DNA of 64,000 nucleotides from an uncultured Acidobacteriota bacterium. GTDB taxonomy: Bacteria; Acidobacteriota; UBA6911. Numbering within the stretch: the stretch's first letter is position 1; every line of letters starts with the position of its first letter. The notes beneath the pieces were generated by a model. That model ran no database searches. It saw nothing but the letters and a program-made list of their open reading frames with translations, and was not told the origin of the DNA. A program made the translations under genes and the position numbers. This document shows, in pieces, positions 20,168 to 29,281 of this stretch. The DNA lies in NCBI GenBank assembly GCA_963809485.1, contig CAWEJX010000020.1:448001-512000 (forward strand), in the 5' to 3' direction.

Positions 20168-21844
20168 TTACCTCCATTTGTCAATGGAAACGGTTATGGG
20201 TCTGTACATATGCCAGGCCTGCATCATGGGGCTGGCGTCGCCTCCCGCGACAATGACATGAACAGTGCCGGGTCTGAATACACGATTTTCAACGCTGTCA
20301 GGCTTACCAGCGGTATCCGGAGTATCTCTGAAATAATGGGAGGTCCGTAGTTCGCCAAGGGGTTTTGTGGCATGTTCAACCAGGTAATCGGCTACTCCCT
20401 GTTTGGTATATCCTTGAGCCTTCAATATCTCCGCACGCTTTGGCGATATGATAATGGCAGCGCCGCTTGGAAGCTCAAACTCAGCAATGTCTTCTGCAAC
20501 ATGCTTTAGCGTAAAACGCACATGGCCATAATTGCCGGCGTGTGCCCAGCCTCCGGTAAACATTGTGAGAGTGTTGTCCTCTTTTTTAAATCCCTGTGAT
20601 ACGCTTAGAAACTCCCAGGGGCTTTGCTCCTCAAACTCAGCGAACATAAATGGCCAGGTGCTGATGTTACCCACAACCGACATCATATTTATGCCGGACA
20701 CTCCTCCGCCCAGATTAGTGATAAATAAACGCAGGGCACGGCCCATGGCAGCGTTGGCATAGTTGCCTGGACCCAGCACAGAAGTCCCGGCATTCATCTC
20801 CAGCTCCTTGCTGATGGGCCCGTTTACAACCTGCATAAAAGAGAACGCATTTGTGGACCGCACAAGCGAGTTGGTTTTATTGTGCAGATCGTAGGCCTCC
20901 AGGGCAGCCAGAAGCACCGGCATATGGCGGGGCTCACAACCTGCCATGACGCCGTTGATAGCAACTTTCTCCACCGTGACACCAAGGCCTTCTGGCGTTA
21001 AGGCTTTGATAACTACGGTGTCCGGTTTCTGACTCGTACCCCGTAACATAGCCGCCACGCGTGCCTCTGTGGGGGGAACAATCGGCAGACCGTCACTCAG
21101 GCCATGAGTATGGAAATATTGCTGAATTTCATCAAAGCTGCCGTTGGTCATGATTCGCGGTCTTTCCGGCGCATCGATGAAACCGGTTTTTTGTTCATGA
21201 GCCTCCAGAGGGAGTGTAAGGCATCCCAGAATATCCTCGATAGCCTTGCTCTCCTGGGATGGGCTCATAGTGTCTGCAGGGAAAGGGATCGCAACATAGC
21301 GCACTTCCGCTCCCTGTCGCTTGCGGGTAGTGTCCGCAACAGTTAATAAAGTGTCATACATCAACACGACACCCGGCAAACCCATTTTTTCAAGCTTTGC
21401 CGACCACTGGAAGGCATAGGAAGTGGTGGATGAGGACGGGGCACCGGCATAGATGAAGGCATCGGCATTGGCCTTCATTTCCTTCCAAAGCTCCGGATCA
21501 TCTAAAGAATATCCGGTATTGCGTCCTTTGATCGTTACCGTTGCATCGGGCTGGCGCTCTCGTATTACGTCGGCGATCTTTGAAAAAATAGTTTCAAATC
21601 CGGTGCCACTGCCCCAGGAATTGATAATATAGATCCGCGTTCTTTTCAGGGATGACAGCCTGGGGCTTAATGGAATGCGCTCGATTTTTGGCCAGATGCC
21701 CCGTGGATCGAGTACCGAGTATACGCCTTCCATATTTTTTTCATCCCGTTCTGCTGCGGGCACCAATGAAGACAGATTAAGCAAAACGATAGCAATCAAG
21801 GAGCATAAACTCTTTACATACACAGTATGTCTTTTAGACACCAT
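20168..21844 (-). CDS. Exported UGSC-family-like protein (Ser/Thr variant, no Sec or Cys motif)
   Basis: Signal peptide, SDGLPIVPPTEARVAAML, VAINGVMAGC, VVNGPI, ANAAMGRALRL, ends SIDKWR. Paralog of 57884-59611 and 61863-63503. Confidence 0.8.
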   Translation of the reverse strand: MVSKRHTVYVKSLCSLIAIVLLNLSSLVPAAERDEKNMEGVYSVLDPRGIWPKIERIPLSPRLSSLKRTRIYIINSWGSGTGFETIFSKIADVIRERQPDATVTIKGRNTGYSLDDPELWKEMKANADAFIYAGAPSSSTTSYAFQWSAKLEKMGLPGVVLMYDTLLTVADTTRKRQGAEVRYVAIPFPADTMSPSQESKAIEDILGCLTLPLEAHEQKTGFIDAPERPRIMTNGSFDEIQQYFHTHGLSDGLPIVPPTEARVAAMLRGTSQKPDTVVIKALTPEGLGVTVEKVAINGVMAGCEPRHMPVLLAALEAYDLHNKTNSLVRSTNAFSFMQVVNGPISKELEMNAGTSVLGPGNYANAAMGRALRLFITNLGGGVSGINMMSVVGNISTWPFMFAEFEEQSPWEFLSVSQGFKKEDNTLTMFTGGWAHAGNYGHVRFTLKHVAEDIAEFELPSGAAIIISPKRAEILKAQGYTKQGVADYLVEHATKPLGELRTSHYFRDTPDTAGKPDSVENRVFRPGTVHVIVAGGDASPMMQAWHMYRPITVSIDKWR

Positions 21845-22523
21845 ATCTGTTCCTCACATTAAGGGTTTGCATCTAAAATCAGGACCGGGCAATCCGTAAT
21901 TATGAATGCTGCGCAAATTGATTACATGTATGTGCCATCACTTGTCAAAAGCAGCTGTAAGGAAAATCTACGATATTTGATGTTACCTAAGCAAGAAATG
22001 ACGCCAAAGAATCCTTCGGCAGGTTGACGGATAGCCTCCAGCTGTTAAGCAGCGCCTTTTTATCAGCCTAACTTCTGGTATTCGACAAACGACAAAGAGG
22101 AGCAAGATTCTGTAAGCCATCTCCCTTAGCGGCCGTTTTGACCCCATGCCATATTGCTTTTGATGTGAGCCCAGGTCGCCAGGGACGCCAACTCCCTTTG
22201 GGTTCTGGAAGCAACAATTGAAATCCAGTCATAACTGGTGTCCTATAGCAGATTATGCGAATCCCGTTCAAGGATCATACAGCTCGCGGATTGTAAGGAC
22301 GGCGTTTTGAAAATCGCTGAGCATCGGGTTGTCTATGAAAGTCCGGAGCAGACTCCTGCCGCGTCGACAAATCCGGCACCTAAAAGGCGAGTGCGCCGGC
22401 CGAGAAATTGCTCTTTCTGATCATTCGGGGGGAAGACCCTATCGGGACAGAACCGGCAACCCAATGATGAAGCGTCATAGCCCAGTGCGTCTGTTGAGTG
22501 CCGTTGCCACGGTTATCTGCCTA

Positions 22524-24167
22524 TTAAGCTTCTTGCCCCGATTCTTTTGAAACCTTGATTTGCCGAGCCTTGTCCTCGACCACCGCATCCATCGAAACCT
22601 CCGGAACGGTGAGGATGAGCACAAAGGAAATCAGCATCGTCACCGCGCCTAGGAGGAAGACTGCTCTCAAACCAGCCTCCATTGAAGCACGGATGGCCTC
22701 GACGGTCTGCCGAAACAGCTCTTTTCCGCTGCTTCCCGCTTCGCCGAACGTGGTCTCCAGCGCTTTCATCGCCGCCGGGGAGAGCAGGGCCTTGGGATCG
22801 CCGAGGGCTGTCATGGTCGCCTTGTCCGCAAACTGATGCAGTCCGGAAGGGAGTGCCGCCTCGAGTTTCCGGGCATAGGCGGCATTCATCACGGGACCCA
22901 GGAGAGCGGGAGCGATGGCCATTCCCATGGTAATGCTGAAAAAAATAGCGCCCATGGATGCTCCGAGCAGCCTTTTGGGGACCGCCCATTGGGCTACGAG
23001 CGTGTTGATCGTCGGAATGGTGCCCAGCCCGAATCCGGCCAAAACTATGGCGACAACGCTCACGTAGACCGGGGTTCCGGAATTGAAAAAGACTATTCCG
23101 AACATGACGGCCGTCAGCAAACCATAGCCCATGATGTACATCCATTTATACCGTTTCGTCCTGGCGAGAATGAATCCGGTGGGCACACCTATAAAAGCCA
23201 TAAGAACATTCAATGGGGTCAGGATCTGGCCGCTTCGCATGACGGTCATTCCCTGCACCCCCTGCAGGAACATTGGATAGTACATCAACATTGCCATGAG
23301 TCCGATAAACGACAGCATTCCTGATACCGCCACGGTGAGAAAAGTGCGATTGCGGAACACCTGGGGATCCATGATCGGTTCGTCTGCATGTTCTTCAGCC
23401 TTGAAGAAAAGCACCCAGAACAGCAATCCCGCGCCAAGAAGGCCGATCACCTGAACGGACGCCCAAGGGTAGGTCGTTCCTGCGAAAGAAAAACCGAGGA
23501 TGGTTGCCGAGGACGCGATCGCAACCAGGATTATGCCGCGCACGTCGATCTTGATCCTGCGGACGGATTTGGTCGCCAGGGGAGGCACGCCGATCGGCAC
23601 CATGATGAGACCGAGGACCACAAGAGGAACGCCCATCCAATAGATGTGGCGCCAGCTCAGGTTATCCACAAACCACCCCCCGAGTGTAGGCCCGCAAAGC
23701 GCAATTAACCCCTGCGGCACGTGCAACAGGCCCACCCATCTGCTGCGCTGTACCGGCGCAAACATGTCGCCCAGCACGGAATAGAGCAGCGGCAGGAGCG
23801 CCCCGTTGCCCAGGCGGGCCAGCGTATTTGCCGCGATCAGGATCACGAAGGTTGGGGCCATGGCGCTCCATATCGTGCCCACCAGGAACAGGACCATGCA
23901 TATCAGCAGCATGAACCGCCGCCCGTAGATGTCGGAGAATTTGCTGAACAGCAGCGTCACAAAAGCGGCGGCCAGGCTAGGAATCGAGATCAACCAGGCA
24001 TAGAGCGCCATGCCGTCCAGCTCGGCCGCCATCCTCGGTCTCGCAATCCCCAGCGTCTGAATAAAGAAATTGGTTGTGAAATACAGGGTAAAGACAGTGA
24101 GCAGTCCCAGGACAATATGCTTCTCCATAGAAACGGTCTCGGCGGTTGATTGAGGCGTCTTCGGCAT
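22524..24167 (-). CDS. MFS transporter, 14-TM DHA2 (EmrB/QacA-like)
   Basis: SKFSDIYGRR motif A, GPTLGGWFVDNLSWR, many TM helices, AAGGAG RBS. Confidence 0.88.
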   Translation of the reverse strand: MPKTPQSTAETVSMEKHIVLGLLTVFTLYFTTNFFIQTLGIARPRMAAELDGMALYAWLISIPSLAAAFVTLLFSKFSDIYGRRFMLLICMVLFLVGTIWSAMAPTFVILIAANTLARLGNGALLPLLYSVLGDMFAPVQRSRWVGLLHVPQGLIALCGPTLGGWFVDNLSWRHIYWMGVPLVVLGLIMVPIGVPPLATKSVRRIKIDVRGIILVAIASSATILGFSFAGTTYPWASVQVIGLLGAGLLFWVLFFKAEEHADEPIMDPQVFRNRTFLTVAVSGMLSFIGLMAMLMYYPMFLQGVQGMTVMRSGQILTPLNVLMAFIGVPTGFILARTKRYKWMYIMGYGLLTAVMFGIVFFNSGTPVYVSVVAIVLAGFGLGTIPTINTLVAQWAVPKRLLGASMGAIFFSITMGMAIAPALLGPVMNAAYARKLEAALPSGLHQFADKATMTALGDPKALLSPAAMKALETTFGEAGSSGKELFRQTVEAIRASMEAGLRAVFLLGAVTMLISFVLILTVPEVSMDAVVEDKARQIKVSKESGQEA

Positions 24168-24886
24168 TCTGTGTCTCCTTGAATGAAATTCTCTTGCTGC
24201 TTTTGTCTCATCACTCGTGCCGAACATCAACAGGAAACCGCCAAATATTTCGCGAAACTATGCAGGAAGGATCAACAGCGAGAGGCTCGAACCGACACGG
24301 ATTCCTTGAGTGAAGGATTCGTGAAAATTCGTGCCGGTTCGTGGCCAATGCTCCGCCTGCGCTCATGAGGACGAGGAAACGGATTTGACCCGAAGAGCCT
24401 ATTTCACTCTCCTGGCGATTATGTCTGCCGCCTCCGCTCCCGCTCCCGTCGCACCGGCGCATTCGCGTGTGAACCTGATTTCGGCGATTTTGCTTTCCAG
24501 GCTATTTCCCTTTCGGTTTCGCCGGACTTTCGCTCTGGCCGCTGACCTTGCCGTCCTTGGTGGGGATCGTGGGCACGAGGCTGATGTGTGCGCTGTCGCT
24601 GTATCTGCTGCGCGATCGATCGAGGTACAGACCGGCAGGGATGACTGGATGGCGCGGCGATAAGGGTAGCTTCAAATCAATAAATAAATCATCACTGGGC
24701 CGGCAATTGCCATTTTGGCGCAATGCTCTCGAACACGACTTCATGGGAGTTTGCCTGCAAAAGAGGCATCCTAGAATTGCCTTGCTTATAAGCAGCGACA
24801 TGTCTTGTAGAATGTCGGCATATGTAGGTTTAGACAGAATTGTCTGGCTATAGCTATGCCTTGAGATTCAGCATATAGCGGAGAAA

Positions 24887-25444
24887 GTGATGATTAGTAC
24901 CAAGAGGCTGATGATTCGACCGTTCACTGCCAGCGATGCAGCAGATCTATATGAGTACCTTTCTAATCCCGCAATCTATAACTATGAGCCTGGAGAACCG
25001 ATTAACATCGATCGCGCCATGCATCTATCCCAGGAGCGTGCAGCAACAACAGACTTCTGGGCTATGGAACTAGCGGATACTGGCAAGATGATTGGACATA
25101 TATACTTCAAGCAGATAGAGCCCCACGAATTAAGAACATGGGAAATAGGCTACATCGTGAATCCTGCGTATCAGGGAGAAGGGTATGCGACTGAGGCCGT
25201 AGCCGCTCTCTTAAAAAAGGAGTTTAAGGAGAAGCACATTCATCGAGTCTTCGCCCATTGCAATCCAGAGAATCTTGCTTCCTGGAAATTACTTGAACGA
25301 GTTGGGCTACGTCGAGAAGGACTTCTTAGAAAAAACGTCTTCTTCAGAAGAGGGCATAACGGTGAAGAGCTGTGGACGGATACCTACGAATACGCGATCC
25401 TCAAAGAGGAGGTGGATGAGAGGCTAAGGGAAGGAAAGGCATAA
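24887..25444 (+). CDS. GNAT (RimJ/RimL-like) N-acetyltransferase
   Basis: TKRLMIRPF, EIGYIVNPAYQGEGYATEA and NLASWKLLERVG motifs. Confidence 0.88.
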   Translation: MMISTKRLMIRPFTASDAADLYEYLSNPAIYNYEPGEPINIDRAMHLSQERAATTDFWAMELADTGKMIGHIYFKQIEPHELRTWEIGYIVNPAYQGEGYATEAVAALLKKEFKEKHIHRVFAHCNPENLASWKLLERVGLRREGLLRKNVFFRRGHNGEELWTDTYEYAILKEEVDERLREGKA

Positions 25445-25501
25445 CTATTCGTTTCAACGGACAGTGCAAACTACGCGCCGAAGCTTAGCGGTGCGTTGGG
25501 G
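25439..25501 (+). other. attC-like integron recombination site (degenerate)
   Basis: GCATAAC (contains the GNAT stop codon), 5-bp spacer, GTTTCAAC ... GCTTAGC, 5-bp spacer, GTTGGGG. 63 bp long, imperfect pairing. Confidence 0.5.
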
Positions 25502-25525
25502 CATCAAGAAAAGGAGCAAAAGTAT

Positions 25526-25879
25526 ATGTTTTGTCCGGAATGTAAATCAGAATTTATGGATGGCATTAAAAAATGTCCAGAATGCATGGTAGGGCTAATT
25601 GAAGAGCTGGCACCAGAGCCGAAGCCCCCGAAGCCCAAGTTCCTGGATTACGAAGAAATTCTTGCGAATCCAAATCCTGCAGATGTAGCGATTTTAAAGT
25701 CAATTTTGGATAGTGAGGAAATAACTTACTTCATTAAGGGTGAAAATGCCCAGATATCGTTTGCCACCCCAAAACTTATGGTTCGGACAGATCAAGTGGA
25801 AATTGCAAAAGAATTGATCAAAGATTTAAAGCTGTCCTGCATGGGCACCAACTTGGACAAAGAATCTAAGAATGAATAG
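25526..25879 (+). CDS. DUF2007 / putative signal-transducing protein with N-terminal Zn ribbon
   Basis: MFCPEC..CPEC and AILKSILDSEEITYFIKGE, AAGGAG RBS just after the attC-like site. Confidence 0.75.
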   Translation: MFCPECKSEFMDGIKKCPECMVGLIEELAPEPKPPKPKFLDYEEILANPNPADVAILKSILDSEEITYFIKGENAQISFATPKLMVRTDQVEIAKELIKDLKLSCMGTNLDKESKNE

Positions 25880-25882
25880 GGC

Positions 25883-26056
25883 ATCTATGACGTGCTTCGC
25901 TGCAAACGCGCCATCTCAGCCGAGACCGCCTTACGGCTTGGCAAATATTTCGGACTTCCGGCGCAGTTTTGGATGAATCTTCAAGCTGAACACGATCTCC
26001 GTTTGGCGGCAGCGACGGCCAAGCTGGAGAGGGTAAAAGTCAGAACGGCCGCCTGA
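25883..26056 (+). pseudogene. higA: HigA-family antitoxin, C-terminal remnant (absent from the ORF track)
   Basis: Reads IYDVLRCKRAISAETALRLGKYFGLPAQFWMNLQAEHDL...* with no start codon. Confidence 0.8.
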
Positions 26057-26169
26057 TCGAAGTTATACCCCTGGTAAGGCGTGCCGGCGCTGTGCAAACC
26101 CTGCTTAACCACAGGGATTCGCATCGCTCTGGAGAACATCTCATCATAAACCCTCTTGACGATGGCGGC
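26050..26169 (-). repeat. ~120-bp diverged copy of an internal segment (18904-19023) of the secreted esterase gene
   Basis: Near-identical DNA with three substitutions seen, encoding KRVYDEMFSRAMRIPVVKQGLHSAGTPYQGYNFDQA. Confidence 0.9.
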
Positions 26170-26679
26170 CGCGGACACTTTCGGCTATGGGTGGGGAATG
26201 TGCTTGACACCATTTCGTGACACAACATAATTTTGCTCAACGCCTACTTCCATCGTCTTTTGCTTTTTTCCAGGGACTGCAAGTTTATGGAAATCGGCGT
26301 GCGGCTTCCGCTGCGTTTTGTTACACGCATCCGTGATCGTCGCTTTGTGGCAAAGATACAAAAGGAAAAGGTCTATGATATCGAGGAGAAACGCATGATT
26401 GGGAGAATAGCAGCGCTCGCGGCAATAGCTGTATTGATGGGAAGCAGTGTTGTACCGGATCCTATTGCCATGGATTCCACCGATTTGTTTTCAGCCGGTG
26501 GGATCCATGGCGTTTTTGGGGGTGGCCGAATGAAATCCGTGGCGTTCTGGCGCCGCAATAAGCACGCATGGTAAAATCTTTGATTCGAATTAGGGGAAAC
26601 CTCCGCCTATGGCGGCGTGACTCGAAAAGGCTCCACCGTTCCGGGGTGCGTCCTGAAGAAACAGAAAAGAGAATGATGC

Positions 26680-26766
26680 ATATCGAATGTCGAAGTAGAT
26701 GTCTGGAGAGGCGGGCATCGCAAAATATGCAAGCGTTCAAATACTTCATTATTCGACATTCGATAT
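26680..26766. repeat. REP-like inverted repeat
   Basis: ATATCGAATGTCGAA ... TTCGACATTCGATAT, perfect 15-bp arms. Confidence 0.7.
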
Positions 26767-26867
26767 TCGCATTGATCTCGATGCCCCCATTCTGGGGGCT
26801 TCCTGATACCACCCGCTCTGCGGGTGGAGTGTTCATTATGCAAATCGTATTGCTGGGAGCAGATACT

Positions 26868-27860
26868 ATGAAGAAAATGATGAGCTATCTATTGCTGGGC
26901 GCGATTGCGCTGTTTGCAGCAGCGGCGATGATGCCGGCTGCCGACGCCGGATTGGACCGCGCCGCGCTGTTAAAGCTTGCCGATGATTATCTGGCCGCGC
27001 TGGTTGCGCATGATCCTGGAAAAGCGCCGCTTGCCGACGATGTAAAAATAGTTGAAAACGTGAAGCGCATTAAGCCCGGCGAGGGTTTATGGAAGACTGC
27101 TTCTGCCCTGCCGTCCGATTTCAAGATCATGGCCGCGGATCCCATCACCCAGGAAGTCGGCGGCCTGGTGGTAATGGGCAGCGATCAAAAACCCGCGCAG
27201 GTTGGTTTCCGGCTTAAGCTGGTGAACGGCAAGATCGCTGAAGCCGAGCATTTGGTTGTGGTATTGGATAAAAAAAATCCCATGGGGAATCCCGATAATC
27301 CAAATCTGAAGAAGCATCGTCCGGCCATTCTCCGAGAAGTTCCTTATGAATACGCGGATTCGCACGGCCGGTTGATCTACATTGCGAAGTCCTATTATGA
27401 TGCGCTGGACAACAACAATGGCCATCTCGCCCCATTTGCATCTGATTGCGAGCGGCATGAGAACGGCATGCGCACGGCGCCATCCGGCGGTCCCTCATTG
27501 GGAGGAGCTTCAATTCCCGGCACGGCGGCGCCGAGGCCGGGCTTGCTGGGCATGCAGGATTGCACGACACAGATTAGCTCCGGAACGTTCCAGTACATTG
27601 CCTCAATCGAAAATCGCCGCGTGGTAATCGCCGACACCGTTACGGGATTGGCGATCGGTTTTTCACATTTCCATCATCCGATGACGCAGAAAAAATTCAA
27701 AATCACGGGCAACCCGGACCGGTCCGAAGCCGATATGTCCAATCAGAAACCCTTTGATATGCCGTCCATGCACATCTACAAAATATGGGGCGGCAAGATT
27801 CACGAAATAGAAGCAATTGGCATCGTGGCGCCTTACAATTCGCCAACCGGCTGGGAATAA
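26868..27860 (+). CDS. Secreted hypothetical protein, probably tandem SnoaL/NTF2-like domains
   Basis: Signal peptide MKKMMSYLLL..., repeated YLAAL/YYDAL..APLA/APFA..(V/H)EN and GKI.E.E units. Confidence 0.7.
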   Translation: MKKMMSYLLLGAIALFAAAAMMPAADAGLDRAALLKLADDYLAALVAHDPGKAPLADDVKIVENVKRIKPGEGLWKTASALPSDFKIMAADPITQEVGGLVVMGSDQKPAQVGFRLKLVNGKIAEAEHLVVVLDKKNPMGNPDNPNLKKHRPAILREVPYEYADSHGRLIYIAKSYYDALDNNNGHLAPFASDCERHENGMRTAPSGGPSLGGASIPGTAAPRPGLLGMQDCTTQISSGTFQYIASIENRRVVIADTVTGLAIGFSHFHHPMTQKKFKITGNPDRSEADMSNQKPFDMPSMHIYKIWGGKIHEIEAIGIVAPYNSPTGWE

Positions 27861-27885
27861 ATCCATCCCTGAGGAAGCCGCATGA

Positions 27886-27930
27886 AAAACAGAATCTGCG
27901 GGCTAAAGCCCTGCCCACAGATTCTGTTTT
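27886..27930. terminator. Bidirectional terminator-like hairpin
   Basis: AAAACAGAATCTGCGGGC...GCCCACAGATTCTGTTTT between convergent genes. Confidence 0.6.
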
Positions 27931-28112
27931 GTTTTGATGCCCACAAATGAAGGGTTTTACGAGCAAAAGTGGGGACGCTGCCCAATTTGGGTGATTGGCT
28001 GAGGGCGTATGCTCCCCAAATGCAATCGAGGGCCAGGGCCCCACGCTCTTCGATCAGAGGATACAAGCCGTCCGGAGCGCCTTGCAGTCCGAATTAGGCA
28101 TGCTCTTCCTTC

Positions 28113-29111
28113 TTATTCCATCACCAGCTTTCTGGCAATCAGCCAATCATAAAGCCGATCGGACCATGTCCCGACCGGCATTCCCGAGGCAGGGCCGTAT
28201 CCATGGTCATATATATGGAGTTCAACCGGACGATTGGCTTCCTTCCAAAATGTAAACAACACCGCGCATCCATTGGTCACATTGAAATGACCATCCATCA
28301 CAGCTATGAATAAAGGGGCTCCCTGTGGAGGAACGGTAACATCAACCAGCGACGGACCATAAATGGTAGCTACGAAATCCGGATAGGCGTCTGAGGATTC
28401 CGTCACTGCGGTCCCTATGGCGACACCCCCTCCCGCTGAATAGCCCAGAATGCCGATACGTTTCGGGTCAATGTTGTACTTGGCTGCGTCGCGCCTGAGT
28501 ACGCGAATGGCTTGCTGGCCGTCCGAAATCGCCATCCGGATTACTTTGAGATGTTCTTGATTGTCCTGCGCCGGATTAGCGTTGCCGCGCCTGTTCAGAA
28601 TTTCTCTGAAAGAGAGTTCATTCCCCATGCCCATTGGCATCTTTCTTCCCGGGACTCCCGCTTGCGGTGAACCGGCAGAACGCGCACTCCCTGCGGCGGG
28701 AGGAGTGTCCGGCACGACTCTATACTTAAGAATAAAGGCAGCAATGCCCTTGGAGTTTAGCCACTCCGCAGTTCGTTCCGGCTCGGCGAAACCCAGCATG
28801 CGCATGGCGCCTCCCGGACAAAGTATGAGAGCCACTCCATTCGCCTTGGCTTTTTCCGTAAGATAGATCGTGAGGGTGGGATTAACGACGTTAGAATAAA
28901 CCTTCGAGCCCCCAGGCCCTTCCGTGACCCGTTCGCTAAAGGTCCAATCCTCGGATCCTGGCGCTATCCCGGGCCAGACAGGAATTGTCGGTCTTGAGTG
29001 AGTTTCAGAGCCGGCGGCGGATGGCTGATTCCTTGCATTTTGAGTAAAGGCTGGCAATGCAGTCAGAGCAGCAAGAATCCCCCAAACACTTAAAGACAAT
29101 ATCCTTTTCAT
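28113..29111 (-). CDS. Secreted alpha/beta hydrolase (esterase)
   Basis: Signal peptide, LILCPGG, AFILKYR, IDPKRIGILGYSAGG and ELHIYDHGYG. Confidence 0.85.
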   Translation of the reverse strand: MKRILSLSVWGILAALTALPAFTQNARNQPSAAGSETHSRPTIPVWPGIAPGSEDWTFSERVTEGPGGSKVYSNVVNPTLTIYLTEKAKANGVALILCPGGAMRMLGFAEPERTAEWLNSKGIAAFILKYRVVPDTPPAAGSARSAGSPQAGVPGRKMPMGMGNELSFREILNRRGNANPAQDNQEHLKVIRMAISDGQQAIRVLRRDAAKYNIDPKRIGILGYSAGGGVAIGTAVTESSDAYPDFVATIYGPSLVDVTVPPQGAPLFIAVMDGHFNVTNGCAVLFTFWKEANRPVELHIYDHGYGPASGMPVGTWSDRLYDWLIARKLVME

Positions 29112-29129
29112 AACATTAGATTCCTCATC

Positions 29130-29278
29130 GCAGTATTTCAGGGAAGAGAAGGCTCCGGTGGAGTTGTCCGCCCATCCCACATAGTGAATGATTTTGCCCC
29201 CATACCTTTTAGAGCGGACAGATCGGGATCGATGGCGTCGCACATGGCCGATATTTTTGCCGCAACGAGTTTGGCGAC
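29130..29278 (-). pseudogene. Tannase/feruloyl-esterase family internal remnant
   Basis: DAIDPDLSAL (frameshift) RYGGKIIHYVGWAD matches the family motif around the catalytic Asp. Confidence 0.6.
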
Positions 29279-29281
29279 CTC

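Noticed and set aside
22030-22300. Possible transposase remnant upstream of the UGSC-like gene
   Set aside because: Short ORF with no motif I can assign.
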